A stretch of DNA of 64,000 bases, taken from Bacilli bacterium. GTDB taxonomy: Bacteria > Bacillota_I > Bacilli_A > RFN20 > CAG-826. Location of the stretch: positions 36,490-100,489 of the forward strand of contig JAKSUL010000001.1 in the NCBI GenBank assembly GCA_024409055.1, read 5' to 3'. Shown here piece after piece: positions 22,165 through 30,192 of the stretch (position 1 is the first letter of the stretch; each line of letters begins with the position of its first letter). The notes under the pieces were generated by a model. That model saw only the letters and a program-made list of their open reading frames with translations. It did not search any database and was not told the origin of the DNA. The position numbers and the translations under genes are program-made.

Positions 22165-22668
22165 CTAGAAACGGAAATCTAAGTGACGATTCGCCCCAAA
22201 CGCATCATGGAAACCCTTATTTTTCTTTGTGACCATAAACAAGGCATAACCCACAAAAATCGCAATGGCTTCACCGATTCCGACGAAAAGCGCGCTTTCC
22301 CAAAACGGTAATTCAAGGAGCCAATTTAGCTCAAATCCAACGGCAAATGCGTTGATCAATATCGGCCAAATTGTCGCGATAAGTAATTTCGGAGACGCAT
22401 AGGCAACTAGGAGCGACGAAACCAAAGTAGCGGCAGTTCCAATAAGAACATCCCACATCCCCAAAGTCGATCCGAAGTTAGCCATTAAACAGCCCAAAGT
22501 AACGCCAATAACAAAATCCCTTCTAAAGAAGCATAGAAGGATCATTATCTCGGCTATCCTCACTTGGATTTGGCCAAAGGCAAATGGGGAAGTAACCATC
22601 GTAAGCAAAAAATAAATCGCCGCAACGATAGCGTTACTGGCGATTTTTCGGGTAAGTGAAACGGTCAT
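22165..22668 (-). CDS. queT: queuosine-precursor transporter QueT-like (ECF-type S component)
   Basis: 168 aa from ATG 22668 (AGGAGG 8 nt upstream); about 5-6 TM; immediately upstream of tgt-queA-queH and downstream of a preQ1-like aptamer. Confidence 0.65.
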   Translation of the reverse strand: MTVSLTRKIASNAIVAAIYFLLTMVTSPFAFGQIQVRIAEIMILLCFFRRDFVIGVTLGCLMANFGSTLGMWDVLIGTAATLVSSLLVAYASPKLLIATIWPILINAFAVGFELNWLLELPFWESALFVGIGEAIAIFVGYALFMVTKKNKGFHDAFGANRHLDFRF

Positions 22669-22674
22669 GAATTG

Positions 22675-22722
22675 GACCTCCTGATTTTTTAACGCTGGGT
22701 ACCGAGGCAACAGCGTAGAAAC
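22675..22722 (-). promoter_or_regulatory. predicted preQ1-I riboswitch aptamer in queT leader
   Basis: Minus strand RNA: ACGCUG-UUGCCUCGGUACC-CAGCGU-UAAAAAAUCAGGAGG. That is a 6-bp stem, 13-nt loop and A-rich tail running into the SD, as in the B. subtilis and T. tengcongensis preQ1-I aptamers. Confidence 0.55.
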
Positions 22723-22760
22723 ACTATACAAAGATTTGAAATTCGTTTCAACTTTGGAAG

Positions 22761-22784
22761 AAAAAAGCGGACACGTGTCCGCTT
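22761..22784 (-). terminator. rho-independent terminator after kinase-like gene
   Basis: Perfect palindrome gcggacacgtgtccgc followed on the minus strand by T6. Confidence 0.6.
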
Positions 22785-22786
22785 TA

Positions 22787-23368
22787 TTACCAATATTTGA
22801 CGGCCATTAAGACCATGTTTTTATTAACGACTTCTTCCGGAAGAGGGGTTACGTCTTCGCCGACGAGCCCTTTTCTTTTTAGCTCGGAAACGCATTCAGC
22901 GCCCCTGAACCAATAGCGAAGACCCGTTTTCTCAAGTTTATTCTCTTCCGTAAGGTCGGAAACCTTAATCGGGAGATAGAACATTTGAGAACCGCGCAAC
23001 ATGAAGTTCTGCGGTTTCCAATCCAAAGCAAGTTTGGCATATTTGGCAAAACGGTAGCAATCAAACAAAGCCTTGAAGTATTCTTCCGGCAAATCGCCTT
23101 CCGCCAATTTTTCCAAAACGGAAGTTTCGGGGAAATAATCGAAAACGATCACATGCGCCTCGTCATCGTGATAACAGACTTTAGCCATGTTGATGCCGGC
23201 TTTCTTTAGCCTTTTGTAATTGGCCAAAACCTCATCGTATCCTTCGTTATAAACGCGAACCATATAATGGACGCCGCTATAAACGCAGATATACGAGACG
23301 TGATCCTCGTGTTTTGCGAGGATGCTTTCGACGACGAATTTTTTGTTTTTTGCAACTATCGTTTCCAT
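22787..23368 (-). CDS. hypothetical 193-aa protein with protein-kinase-like catalytic-loop motifs
   Basis: LDWKPQNFML resembles the HRDLKPEN catalytic loop; IKVSDL sits 17 aa later at the DFG position; no Gly-rich loop. Confidence 0.55.
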   Translation of the reverse strand: METIVAKNKKFVVESILAKHEDHVSYICVYSGVHYMVRVYNEGYDEVLANYKRLKKAGINMAKVCYHDDEAHVIVFDYFPETSVLEKLAEGDLPEEYFKALFDCYRFAKYAKLALDWKPQNFMLRGSQMFYLPIKVSDLTEENKLEKTGLRYWFRGAECVSELKRKGLVGEDVTPLPEEVVNKNMVLMAVKYW

Positions 23369-23490
23369 TGGAAATTATTATAACAAAAAAGATTTCCGAA
23401 CGCTATTTTTGACAAACCAAGCCTTGATGAAAAGGTTTTCATTTCAAAAAACTCTCTACAAAAGAGTCCTAAATCACTATGATTTAGACT

Positions 23491-23973
23491 ATGAGTACAC
23501 TGATTCTGCTATCAGCGATCCCGGGAAGCGGCAAAAGCACTTGGGCCAGAAATTACATAAAAGACCACCCAAATACGAAAATCGTTTCCAGCGACGATAT
23601 CAGAGAAGAATTCTTTGGAAAGCCGAATGATTTCCGCGATGAGAAGTTCATTTGGAAGACATATCTTGAAAGAATTATCAAATACGGCAGCGAAGACCCG
23701 ACTTGCACCGTCATCGCCGATTCAACAAATTTAACCAACCACTACCGCCGTTATTATTACGAAGCCACCCCGTGTTTCGATAAGCACATATTGGTGGCCT
23801 TCAATATCCCCTACGAAATTGCTTTCCTTCAAAACAAGATGAGGAGTCAAAGTAAGATCGTTCCTGATTCCGCCATGGAACTACTCCATAAAGAATGGGA
23901 AGACGTCTCAGACGATATAAAAAATCTCTACGACGAATACATCTCAATTACAGATACATACATAAATAAATAG
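23491..23973 (+). CDS. AAA_33-type P-loop kinase (polynucleotide-kinase-like ATP-binding protein)
   Basis: 160 aa; Walker A ILLSAIPGSGKST; Walker B-like VIAD. Confidence 0.7.
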   Translation: MSTLILLSAIPGSGKSTWARNYIKDHPNTKIVSSDDIREEFFGKPNDFRDEKFIWKTYLERIIKYGSEDPTCTVIADSTNLTNHYRRYYYEATPCFDKHILVAFNIPYEIAFLQNKMRSQSKIVPDSAMELLHKEWEDVSDDIKNLYDEYISITDTYINK

Positions 23974-24026
23974 AATTATCTACAATATAAGCCCCAATTT
24001 TGGGGCTTTTTTGCTAATATTTACTC

Positions 24027-24608
24027 ATGAAACCAAATTCATCTCCAAACAACGAGAAATGGGGCGTTGTTCAAACGCTTCTTCCCAACAAAAGTTGTTT
24101 TGAGTATGACGAATATAACAACATCAAAATAAAAGATATCCCTGCCGCAGGTTTCGATGACACCAAAGAGGTTACAGGATATAGCAACGGTGACCTCGGA
24201 TCGTCGCTTCAAGAAACAAAATACGCCAGTGTCACCAACTCAACGCGAATCAAAAAAATCATTGGGGGCGTCGCTAAAGTCGGCGTGGCCGCATTAGCTG
24301 TCGTCTCGATATTCTCGATTGTACAACAGGGAATTCCAAAATTATCCAACGTCGAGGTGTACGAAACATCGTATCGCGGAATTCAATATTCATTCTCCGC
24401 CACCGTAAAATACGAAGCCGCAATCGTTGTGATGATCGAAAACGGCGGTGACAGAATAATCCTCGAAGAGCAGATAGTAAACAGTGATAACCCAGCGTAT
24501 TTCGTTGGATACTATTCAGGGGATTACGGGGATTACGAACTGACAATTAAATACGATGGATCATTCGGAAACGGGTCCATCTATTCAAAGAAAGGAGTCT
24601 TAAGATGA
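24027..24608 (+). CDS. hypothetical single-pass membrane protein
   Basis: 193 aa; one TM (IIGGVAKVGVAALAVVSIFSIV); stop overlaps MscS start (ATGA). Confidence 0.55.
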   Translation: MKPNSSPNNEKWGVVQTLLPNKSCFEYDEYNNIKIKDIPAAGFDDTKEVTGYSNGDLGSSLQETKYASVTNSTRIKKIIGGVAKVGVAALAVVSIFSIVQQGIPKLSNVEVYETSYRGIQYSFSATVKYEAAIVVMIENGGDRIILEEQIVNSDNPAYFVGYYSGDYGDYELTIKYDGSFGNGSIYSKKGVLR

Positions 24609-25660
24609 AAGAGGAAGAGAGAAAAATCGAAGAGATTAAGGACATGTCACGGGAAGCAAAGAACGCGCTTATCTATGGCACTGATTCGAAGGGGCAGCCC
24701 AAAAAGGAAGGGAAGCCTTGGGCCGAAAAGGATAAATCCGAAAAAATCCATTACATCGTATCTTGGTCAATATTCGGAATCGAAGTCCTCTACGTTGTGC
24801 TGATTATATTAGCCGGCGCATTATTCCCCGGATCCTTCTTAGGCAACGTCTTGATATCCTATAAACCGGATGTATCGCAGCCAATCGAAGTCGGGGGAGC
24901 GATAATGCTAAGTTTGTTCTTCGTTTTGTTGCTCCTAGGAATCAGCAAAATAATAAGAACCGCCTTAAACATCACCTCTAGAAAAACCAACAATAAGGGA
25001 AAGACGATAATCAAGATCATCAATTCGACGGTCAAATACTTAACCTGGATTGTCTTGGCCTTCATTCTCTTAGGCATCTGGGGTGTCGATACCACCACAA
25101 TAATCGCCAGCGCAGGAATCGTTGCCCTCATCATCGGTCTTGGCGCTCAAACGTTGATCGCTGACGTCATCAGCGGATGCACGATTGTTTTCGAGAACGA
25201 GTTCGATGTTGGCGACACAGTCGTCATCGACGACTTCAGAGGTGTCGTTACTGACATCGGATTAAGCTGCACCAAAATCACCGATGTAGCCGGAAATACA
25301 AAGAGTATTAGAAACAGCCAAATCAACACCGCAATAAACCTCTCTCAAGAGATGTCGTTGGCGGTCGTGGATGTCCCCCTCGATTACGGAGAAGACTTTA
25401 GAGCCATCAGAAAGCTCTTCGAAGAGAATCTCACCAACATATCAAAGCAAGTCCCTGATGTCATTGGAGAAGTCGAATTGCTCGGCATGCAGGAATTCAA
25501 AGACTCAGCGGTTATCCTTAGATTAATCGCACATACGCGTGAAGAGAACAAATTCGCCGTCACAAGAAAGCTCAATGAAGTCATCTTCCTCCTCTTGAAA
25601 GATAACGGAATAGAAATCCCGTTCAATCAGATCGTCGTTTCTCAAAGAGAAGAGAAATAA
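24605..25660 (+). CDS. small-conductance mechanosensitive channel, MscS family
   Basis: 351 aa; 3 TM then MscS beta-domain (…GAQTLIADVISG…FDVGDTVVIDDFRGVVTDIGLSCTKI…). Confidence 0.85.
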   Translation: MKEEERKIEEIKDMSREAKNALIYGTDSKGQPKKEGKPWAEKDKSEKIHYIVSWSIFGIEVLYVVLIILAGALFPGSFLGNVLISYKPDVSQPIEVGGAIMLSLFFVLLLLGISKIIRTALNITSRKTNNKGKTIIKIINSTVKYLTWIVLAFILLGIWGVDTTTIIASAGIVALIIGLGAQTLIADVISGCTIVFENEFDVGDTVVIDDFRGVVTDIGLSCTKITDVAGNTKSIRNSQINTAINLSQEMSLAVVDVPLDYGEDFRAIRKLFEENLTNISKQVPDVIGEVELLGMQEFKDSAVILRLIAHTREENKFAVTRKLNEVIFLLLKDNGIEIPFNQIVVSQREEK

Positions 25661-25667
25661 TAAAAGC

Positions 25668-25706
25668 CGTTCGATTCGAAGTCGAACGGCTTTCTTTTTT
25701 TGTTGC
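25668..25706. terminator. bidirectional rho-independent terminator (MscS operon / convergent membrane protein gene)
   Basis: aagccgttcga-ttcgaag-tcgaacggctt flanked by T-run on plus and A-run upstream. Confidence 0.6.
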
Positions 25707-25710
25707 TAGT

Positions 25711-26721
25711 TTATTTGGTAGTAGCGGAGGCTTTCTTCTTACCAATGACGGTGTAAACGATGAAGGCAACGGCGATGGCGATCAAGGCAATGCCGGCAAT
25801 GTAAGACATGACAACGAAATCGGTCGGGATTTTATTGTTTCCGGAAATACCAGTTCCTTTTGTAAGAACAAGGTCCCAGTTGTTTTTCCAAATCTTATCG
25901 TATGAGTTGTGGTTGGAATTATAGAGAGCGTTGTAGGTGCCGGCTCCAGTGAAGAACAAGCCAACGAATAAGAGTCCAACGGCGCCGATGATTGTGGCTC
26001 CAGAAACGGAGGTTCCATTCTTGATACCTTTCTTAACCATGGCTCCAGAAGCAAGTCCGAGGACTGCGACGATCAAGGCAGTGACGGCAGCGGTTCCAAG
26101 TTTTAACGGAAGGTTATAAACGACGGATTGCGAAGTAAGGGCAGCGACGGCCGGGAGAACGAGGACGGCACAGACGGCGCATCCAACAACTCCCATGACG
26201 TTGAAGATGATAGCGGTAAGGTTGTTCTGATCTTTGTCTTCGAGAAGTTTCATCATCGGGACGTTTCCGCCGATAAGAGCGGCGATAGCGACGATGATGC
26301 AGATGACGATCCACCAAGCGGTAACGCCTTTTCCGTAAACGTTATAGAAGACGAGGGCGTTGGCGACGAAGAAGATGGCAACGATATAAGCGACGGCGAC
26401 ATACTGGAGGAAGCTCTTAACGACAAGTTCATCGTTACGCTCATCAAGCATGGATTTGACGCTTAAGACAAGTCCAATGACAGAAGCAGCTCCAACGGCA
26501 AGTCCGAGAACCGCAATAGCGGCCGGGAAGACGAAGGAGAATTCGCTGAAGTATCCAGCTTGCTGGATGCCAACACCACTGAATTGGTTGGTGAAGTGAG
26601 CAACGGCGAAGAAGTCCGGGCAAACAAAGAACCCGAAGTAAATGCCAGCGGCTCCAAAAATGAGGGTGAGCAACGCAAAGACGACAACGTTGATCATTCT
26701 GACTGTTGAGGAATATTTCAT
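25711..26721 (-). CDS. polytopic membrane protein of unknown function
   Basis: 336 aa; about 10 predicted TM helices; no recognisable motif. Confidence 0.55.
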   Translation of the reverse strand: MKYSSTVRMINVVVFALLTLIFGAAGIYFGFFVCPDFFAVAHFTNQFSGVGIQQAGYFSEFSFVFPAAIAVLGLAVGAASVIGLVLSVKSMLDERNDELVVKSFLQYVAVAYIVAIFFVANALVFYNVYGKGVTAWWIVICIIVAIAALIGGNVPMMKLLEDKDQNNLTAIIFNVMGVVGCAVCAVLVLPAVAALTSQSVVYNLPLKLGTAAVTALIVAVLGLASGAMVKKGIKNGTSVSGATIIGAVGLLFVGLFFTGAGTYNALYNSNHNSYDKIWKNNWDLVLTKGTGISGNNKIPTDFVVMSYIAGIALIAIAVAFIVYTVIGKKKASATTK

Positions 26722-26836
26722 ATGTGAACCTCTCTCTTTTAATATCCGAAAAATACGGCTCGTATATTTAAGTCTATCTTATAGAGATAGTCAATATTGC
26801 GAAAGAGAGGGAAAAGACAAGTCTTTTACACGCTTA

Positions 26837-27961
26837 TTAGATAGAGGCGGCGACTGATAGCGCGGAAAGAAGGCACCAAGTGAGGTTGTAACCACCACAT
26901 GGTCCGTCAACATTTAGCACTTCGCCGACGTAATGAACATTTGGCTCGTCAGCGAAAGAAAGAGACGAAGAAATATCGCCCATTTCAATACCACCGATTG
27001 TCACCTGCGACTGTTCGAACGGATACGTATGGTCAAAATTGAAGGATACGTGCTTCAAATATTGGCCAAGATCGGCTTCATTACGAATCTTTTTGGATAC
27101 ATAGTTTGCAAGCTTTATTGGCAAGATGGAGCGGATGTCCTTCGCAGAAGATATCGCCTTATTGAGCTCTTCGAGTGACAACTCAGGGAATAGATCAAGC
27201 TCGATAGAACAAGAAGAAACGTTATGATGAACGATAAAGGATTCGCAGTTAAAAATAACAATTCCAGAAAGTCCATCGTCTTTAAAAATGACTTCACCTT
27301 CCTCAAAATAAATTTGCTTGCCGTTAGAAATGAGCTTTACTGAAGCCTCGTGCCTAACCCCCGAAATTTCTTTCGTGGACTCTTTGGTTTTAATGGGACA
27401 TAACCCTGGTTTTAATGGGGAAACTTTCCTTCCGTGTTTTTTAAAGACCTCGAACAAGGAACCGTCGCTTCCAAGATTTTTCTGACTCATTCCGCCGGTG
27501 GCAAAAATTATTTTGTCGAATTTCCATTCGCCAGAATCCGTATATAGCACACATGTGTCTTTCGCCGAATAATCGATGACACGTGTGCCTGTTTTTATTT
27601 TCACGCCCAAATCAAAGCACAGTTTCTTTAGATGTTCGACATACGACTCCGCGCTGAAAGATAGCGGGTAGCCCAAATCTCCAATCAGTTTAAGAGGGAC
27701 GCCAAACTCCTCTAGTGTTTTTCTCAAAGATTCAACTCGGTATTTTTCAAAAAATGGGCGAACCAAATCTTCTTGATAATACGACGACGCATTCGCAGAA
27801 AGGTTCAACAAGTTGCAGTGCCCATTTCCGGTCGCTAAAAGTTTTCTTCCAATCTTTTCGTTTTTCTCTATGACCACCACTTCAAAATCAGGATGATTCT
27901 TCTTGATAAGAATGGCGGTGTATAGGCCAGAGGAAGAAGCGCCAACAATACCGATTCTCAT
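26837..27961 (-). CDS. HI0933/BaiN-like FAD-dependent oxidoreductase (aminoacetone-oxidase family flavoprotein)
   Basis: 374 aa; N-terminal GxGxxG dinucleotide fold IGIVGASSSGLYTA…VIEKNEKIGRKLLATGNGHCN. Confidence 0.8.
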   Translation of the reverse strand: MRIGIVGASSSGLYTAILIKKNHPDFEVVVIEKNEKIGRKLLATGNGHCNLLNLSANASSYYQEDLVRPFFEKYRVESLRKTLEEFGVPLKLIGDLGYPLSFSAESYVEHLKKLCFDLGVKIKTGTRVIDYSAKDTCVLYTDSGEWKFDKIIFATGGMSQKNLGSDGSLFEVFKKHGRKVSPLKPGLCPIKTKESTKEISGVRHEASVKLISNGKQIYFEEGEVIFKDDGLSGIVIFNCESFIVHHNVSSCSIELDLFPELSLEELNKAISSAKDIRSILPIKLANYVSKKIRNEADLGQYLKHVSFNFDHTYPFEQSQVTIGGIEMGDISSSLSFADEPNVHYVGEVLNVDGPCGGYNLTWCLLSALSVAASI

Positions 27962-27962
27962 C

Positions 27963-28472
27963 TTATTTCTCCTTATAGTTCACCTTCAGGGTGACTTCGT
28001 CTTGAGCGGCAGGTCCGCCGTCTCTAGGGGCGCATGCGATAACGACTTTGATTGAGGTTCTTTTTCCAAGCATTTCCGGAGTAGCGTGTTTGATCAATAA
28101 AGAGCCCCTTGTCTTGGCGTAAATGTCTTCTGGGTTTAGCTCAACAAATCCGTTTCCTTCAGGAACAACGAATTCGTAGGCGCGGTTCGTAACATTCAGA
28201 GGGAGGATTTCGACCTGAAGAGAGTAGGCGATATACCATTCCCCTTCATATTCGACTTCGGTAAAAAGGTCGCGGTCAAAATAATCCAATTCGATGGTTT
28301 TCACCTTGGTGGTTGGATTAATTGAAGGGTCTTTTCCAAACATCGACTTGATGTTGAGGGATTGGATGTAAATAACTGGCGTGATTCCCTGAGGGACCGC
28401 ACCAATGGTACCGACGACAACAAAAGCCAAAATCGTGAAGACGCCGATAAAAATCAAAAGTCCTTTTTTCAT
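27963..28472 (-). CDS. small exported/membrane-anchored protein
   Basis: 169 aa; N-terminal signal-anchor MKKGLLIFIGVFTILAFVVVG; 4-nt overlap with upstream permease, 2-nt gap to flavoprotein. Confidence 0.55.
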   Translation of the reverse strand: MKKGLLIFIGVFTILAFVVVGTIGAVPQGITPVIYIQSLNIKSMFGKDPSINPTTKVKTIELDYFDRDLFTEVEYEGEWYIAYSLQVEILPLNVTNRAYEFVVPEGNGFVELNPEDIYAKTRGSLLIKHATPEMLGKRTSIKVVIACAPRDGGPAAQDEVTLKVNYKEK

Positions 28473-30190
28473 ATCGTCGCTCCTTCCTTAAAGATGAGGG
28501 TTATCTTCTTAATGAAGACGATGAGACAAATAACAAAGTACCCAATGCCAAGAAGCATGATTTTAACAGAGGCCGTTTCGGTCCTAGATAAAGAGCCCCA
28601 AGTAAAGAAGTCTGTTTGATACAAGTAGTACAAAACGCCGAACACCAACGATACGACTATGGCGCTTACGACCGATCTTTTCTCGGCCGGGGAGGCAAAG
28701 TCGGAATCTTCAAAGTGATCCTTTTTGGTTGTGAAGTCATGTCCGGCAGAAGAAAGCAAATGACCCAAATAAGCAAAGACTAAGGCCGTTCCGACGAAGA
28801 ATATGGATAATCCTCCAATGGATTTCATGGAGCCGAATACGGCGGCTGAAATAGCAACGGAGATTGAACCGATTATTCCAGGCCAAATAATTTTCGAAGA
28901 GACCATGAATATTTCATTTCCTGGGTACGTGCGGGTTAAATTGAAGGCGTCGCCCTCAGAACTATAGATTCTCGCAGCGATCGTGTTGGCGGACAAAGAT
29001 ACCAAAAGAAGAATGACGACATTGAAAGCAAGAATCATCATGTCACCGCGAATATTGGACTGCATCGAGCCGAATATTTTATCGACGACAAGAATGAAGA
29101 TTGGCATAACAGCGAATGTTCCAAAGCATCCGCTAAACAAGTTCGGATCGCGGAAGAACAAAGTCGCCTCCTTCTTCATTTGCGTGTAGAAGAAACTATG
29201 CCTGACCATATTCTTGGTCTTTGTTTTTCCGGCTCCACCGAAATCACTAGAAGAGGAAGCGAGACGGAAATAAATCGGGTTGACGACATAAAGACAAAGA
29301 ACTAAGAAAATCACAATGGTGGCGATAACGCCTAATAACGTTATGACGTTCGTGGCCGTGAATAACCTTACGTTGTTATCCTGCAAATAGCCCATGGACA
29401 TCGTGGTTAGCCAAAAGAAGAACGAGGCTTCATTTTGATATCCATTCAAGAATTTAATTATTGCGGCCTGATACGGACCCCAAGAGTTAAATAGGGAAAT
29501 GCTATCCGGGATAAGCATTACAACATTGACGATAGCGAAAATGATGAGGACGAAAGCCGCTATCGAGAGAAAAACCGTAATAATGTTGTGTTTCTTTAAG
29601 AATAGCCACGCGTAGTAAGTCGGGATCGATAACAAGGATAAAATCAACACTTCAGCGGCTGTTAAAAGGAACCAAGCCAAAATAAGCCACGGGTAGCAAT
29701 ACGCCTTGAAGTTTGAGAAGATCATGAACCCGGCAAGGAAAGCGACCTCAATCATCAAGGTTCTGACCAATTGACTGACAAAGAAAACGAAAATCCTAGC
29801 GAGAAAAATGGTGTTTCCGTTGCACGGGAACGTAATCAATATTTTGTTGTCCGGCGCGAAATATAATGACTTCGTGAGCTTCAATAATGCAGGGATGAAT
29901 CCGATGAAGAAGAAAGCCATTACTATTAAAGAAGGTACGCTTTGAGGAACTTTAGCCAAAACCGAGAATAACGAGAACAACCTCGAGATATAGAAAAAGA
30001 CGAACGACACCGCAGCTACGACCACAAAGCCGATCAACATGACGATCACTCTAATCAGCGATTTTTTGAAATCGCGTTTAAAATCCATCTTCAGAGTGTT
30101 GGCCAAAAGCATTTTGACGATAGACCAAAAACGCGGTCCATCAACCGATAAGCGCCCGTTTTTGATTTTTGTCGTCTTGGCTTGGGACAT
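28469..30190 (-). CDS. large polytopic membrane protein, putative ABC-exporter-type permease
   Basis: 573 aa; about 12 TM; immediately downstream of the ABC ATPase fusion gene. Confidence 0.5.
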   Translation of the reverse strand: MSQAKTTKIKNGRLSVDGPRFWSIVKMLLANTLKMDFKRDFKKSLIRVIVMLIGFVVVAAVSFVFFYISRLFSLFSVLAKVPQSVPSLIVMAFFFIGFIPALLKLTKSLYFAPDNKILITFPCNGNTIFLARIFVFFVSQLVRTLMIEVAFLAGFMIFSNFKAYCYPWLILAWFLLTAAEVLILSLLSIPTYYAWLFLKKHNIITVFLSIAAFVLIIFAIVNVVMLIPDSISLFNSWGPYQAAIIKFLNGYQNEASFFFWLTTMSMGYLQDNNVRLFTATNVITLLGVIATIVIFLVLCLYVVNPIYFRLASSSSDFGGAGKTKTKNMVRHSFFYTQMKKEATLFFRDPNLFSGCFGTFAVMPIFILVVDKIFGSMQSNIRGDMMILAFNVVILLLVSLSANTIAARIYSSEGDAFNLTRTYPGNEIFMVSSKIIWPGIIGSISVAISAAVFGSMKSIGGLSIFFVGTALVFAYLGHLLSSAGHDFTTKKDHFEDSDFASPAEKRSVVSAIVVSLVFGVLYYLYQTDFFTWGSLSRTETASVKIMLLGIGYFVICLIVFIKKITLIFKEGATI

Positions 30191-30192
30191 AA

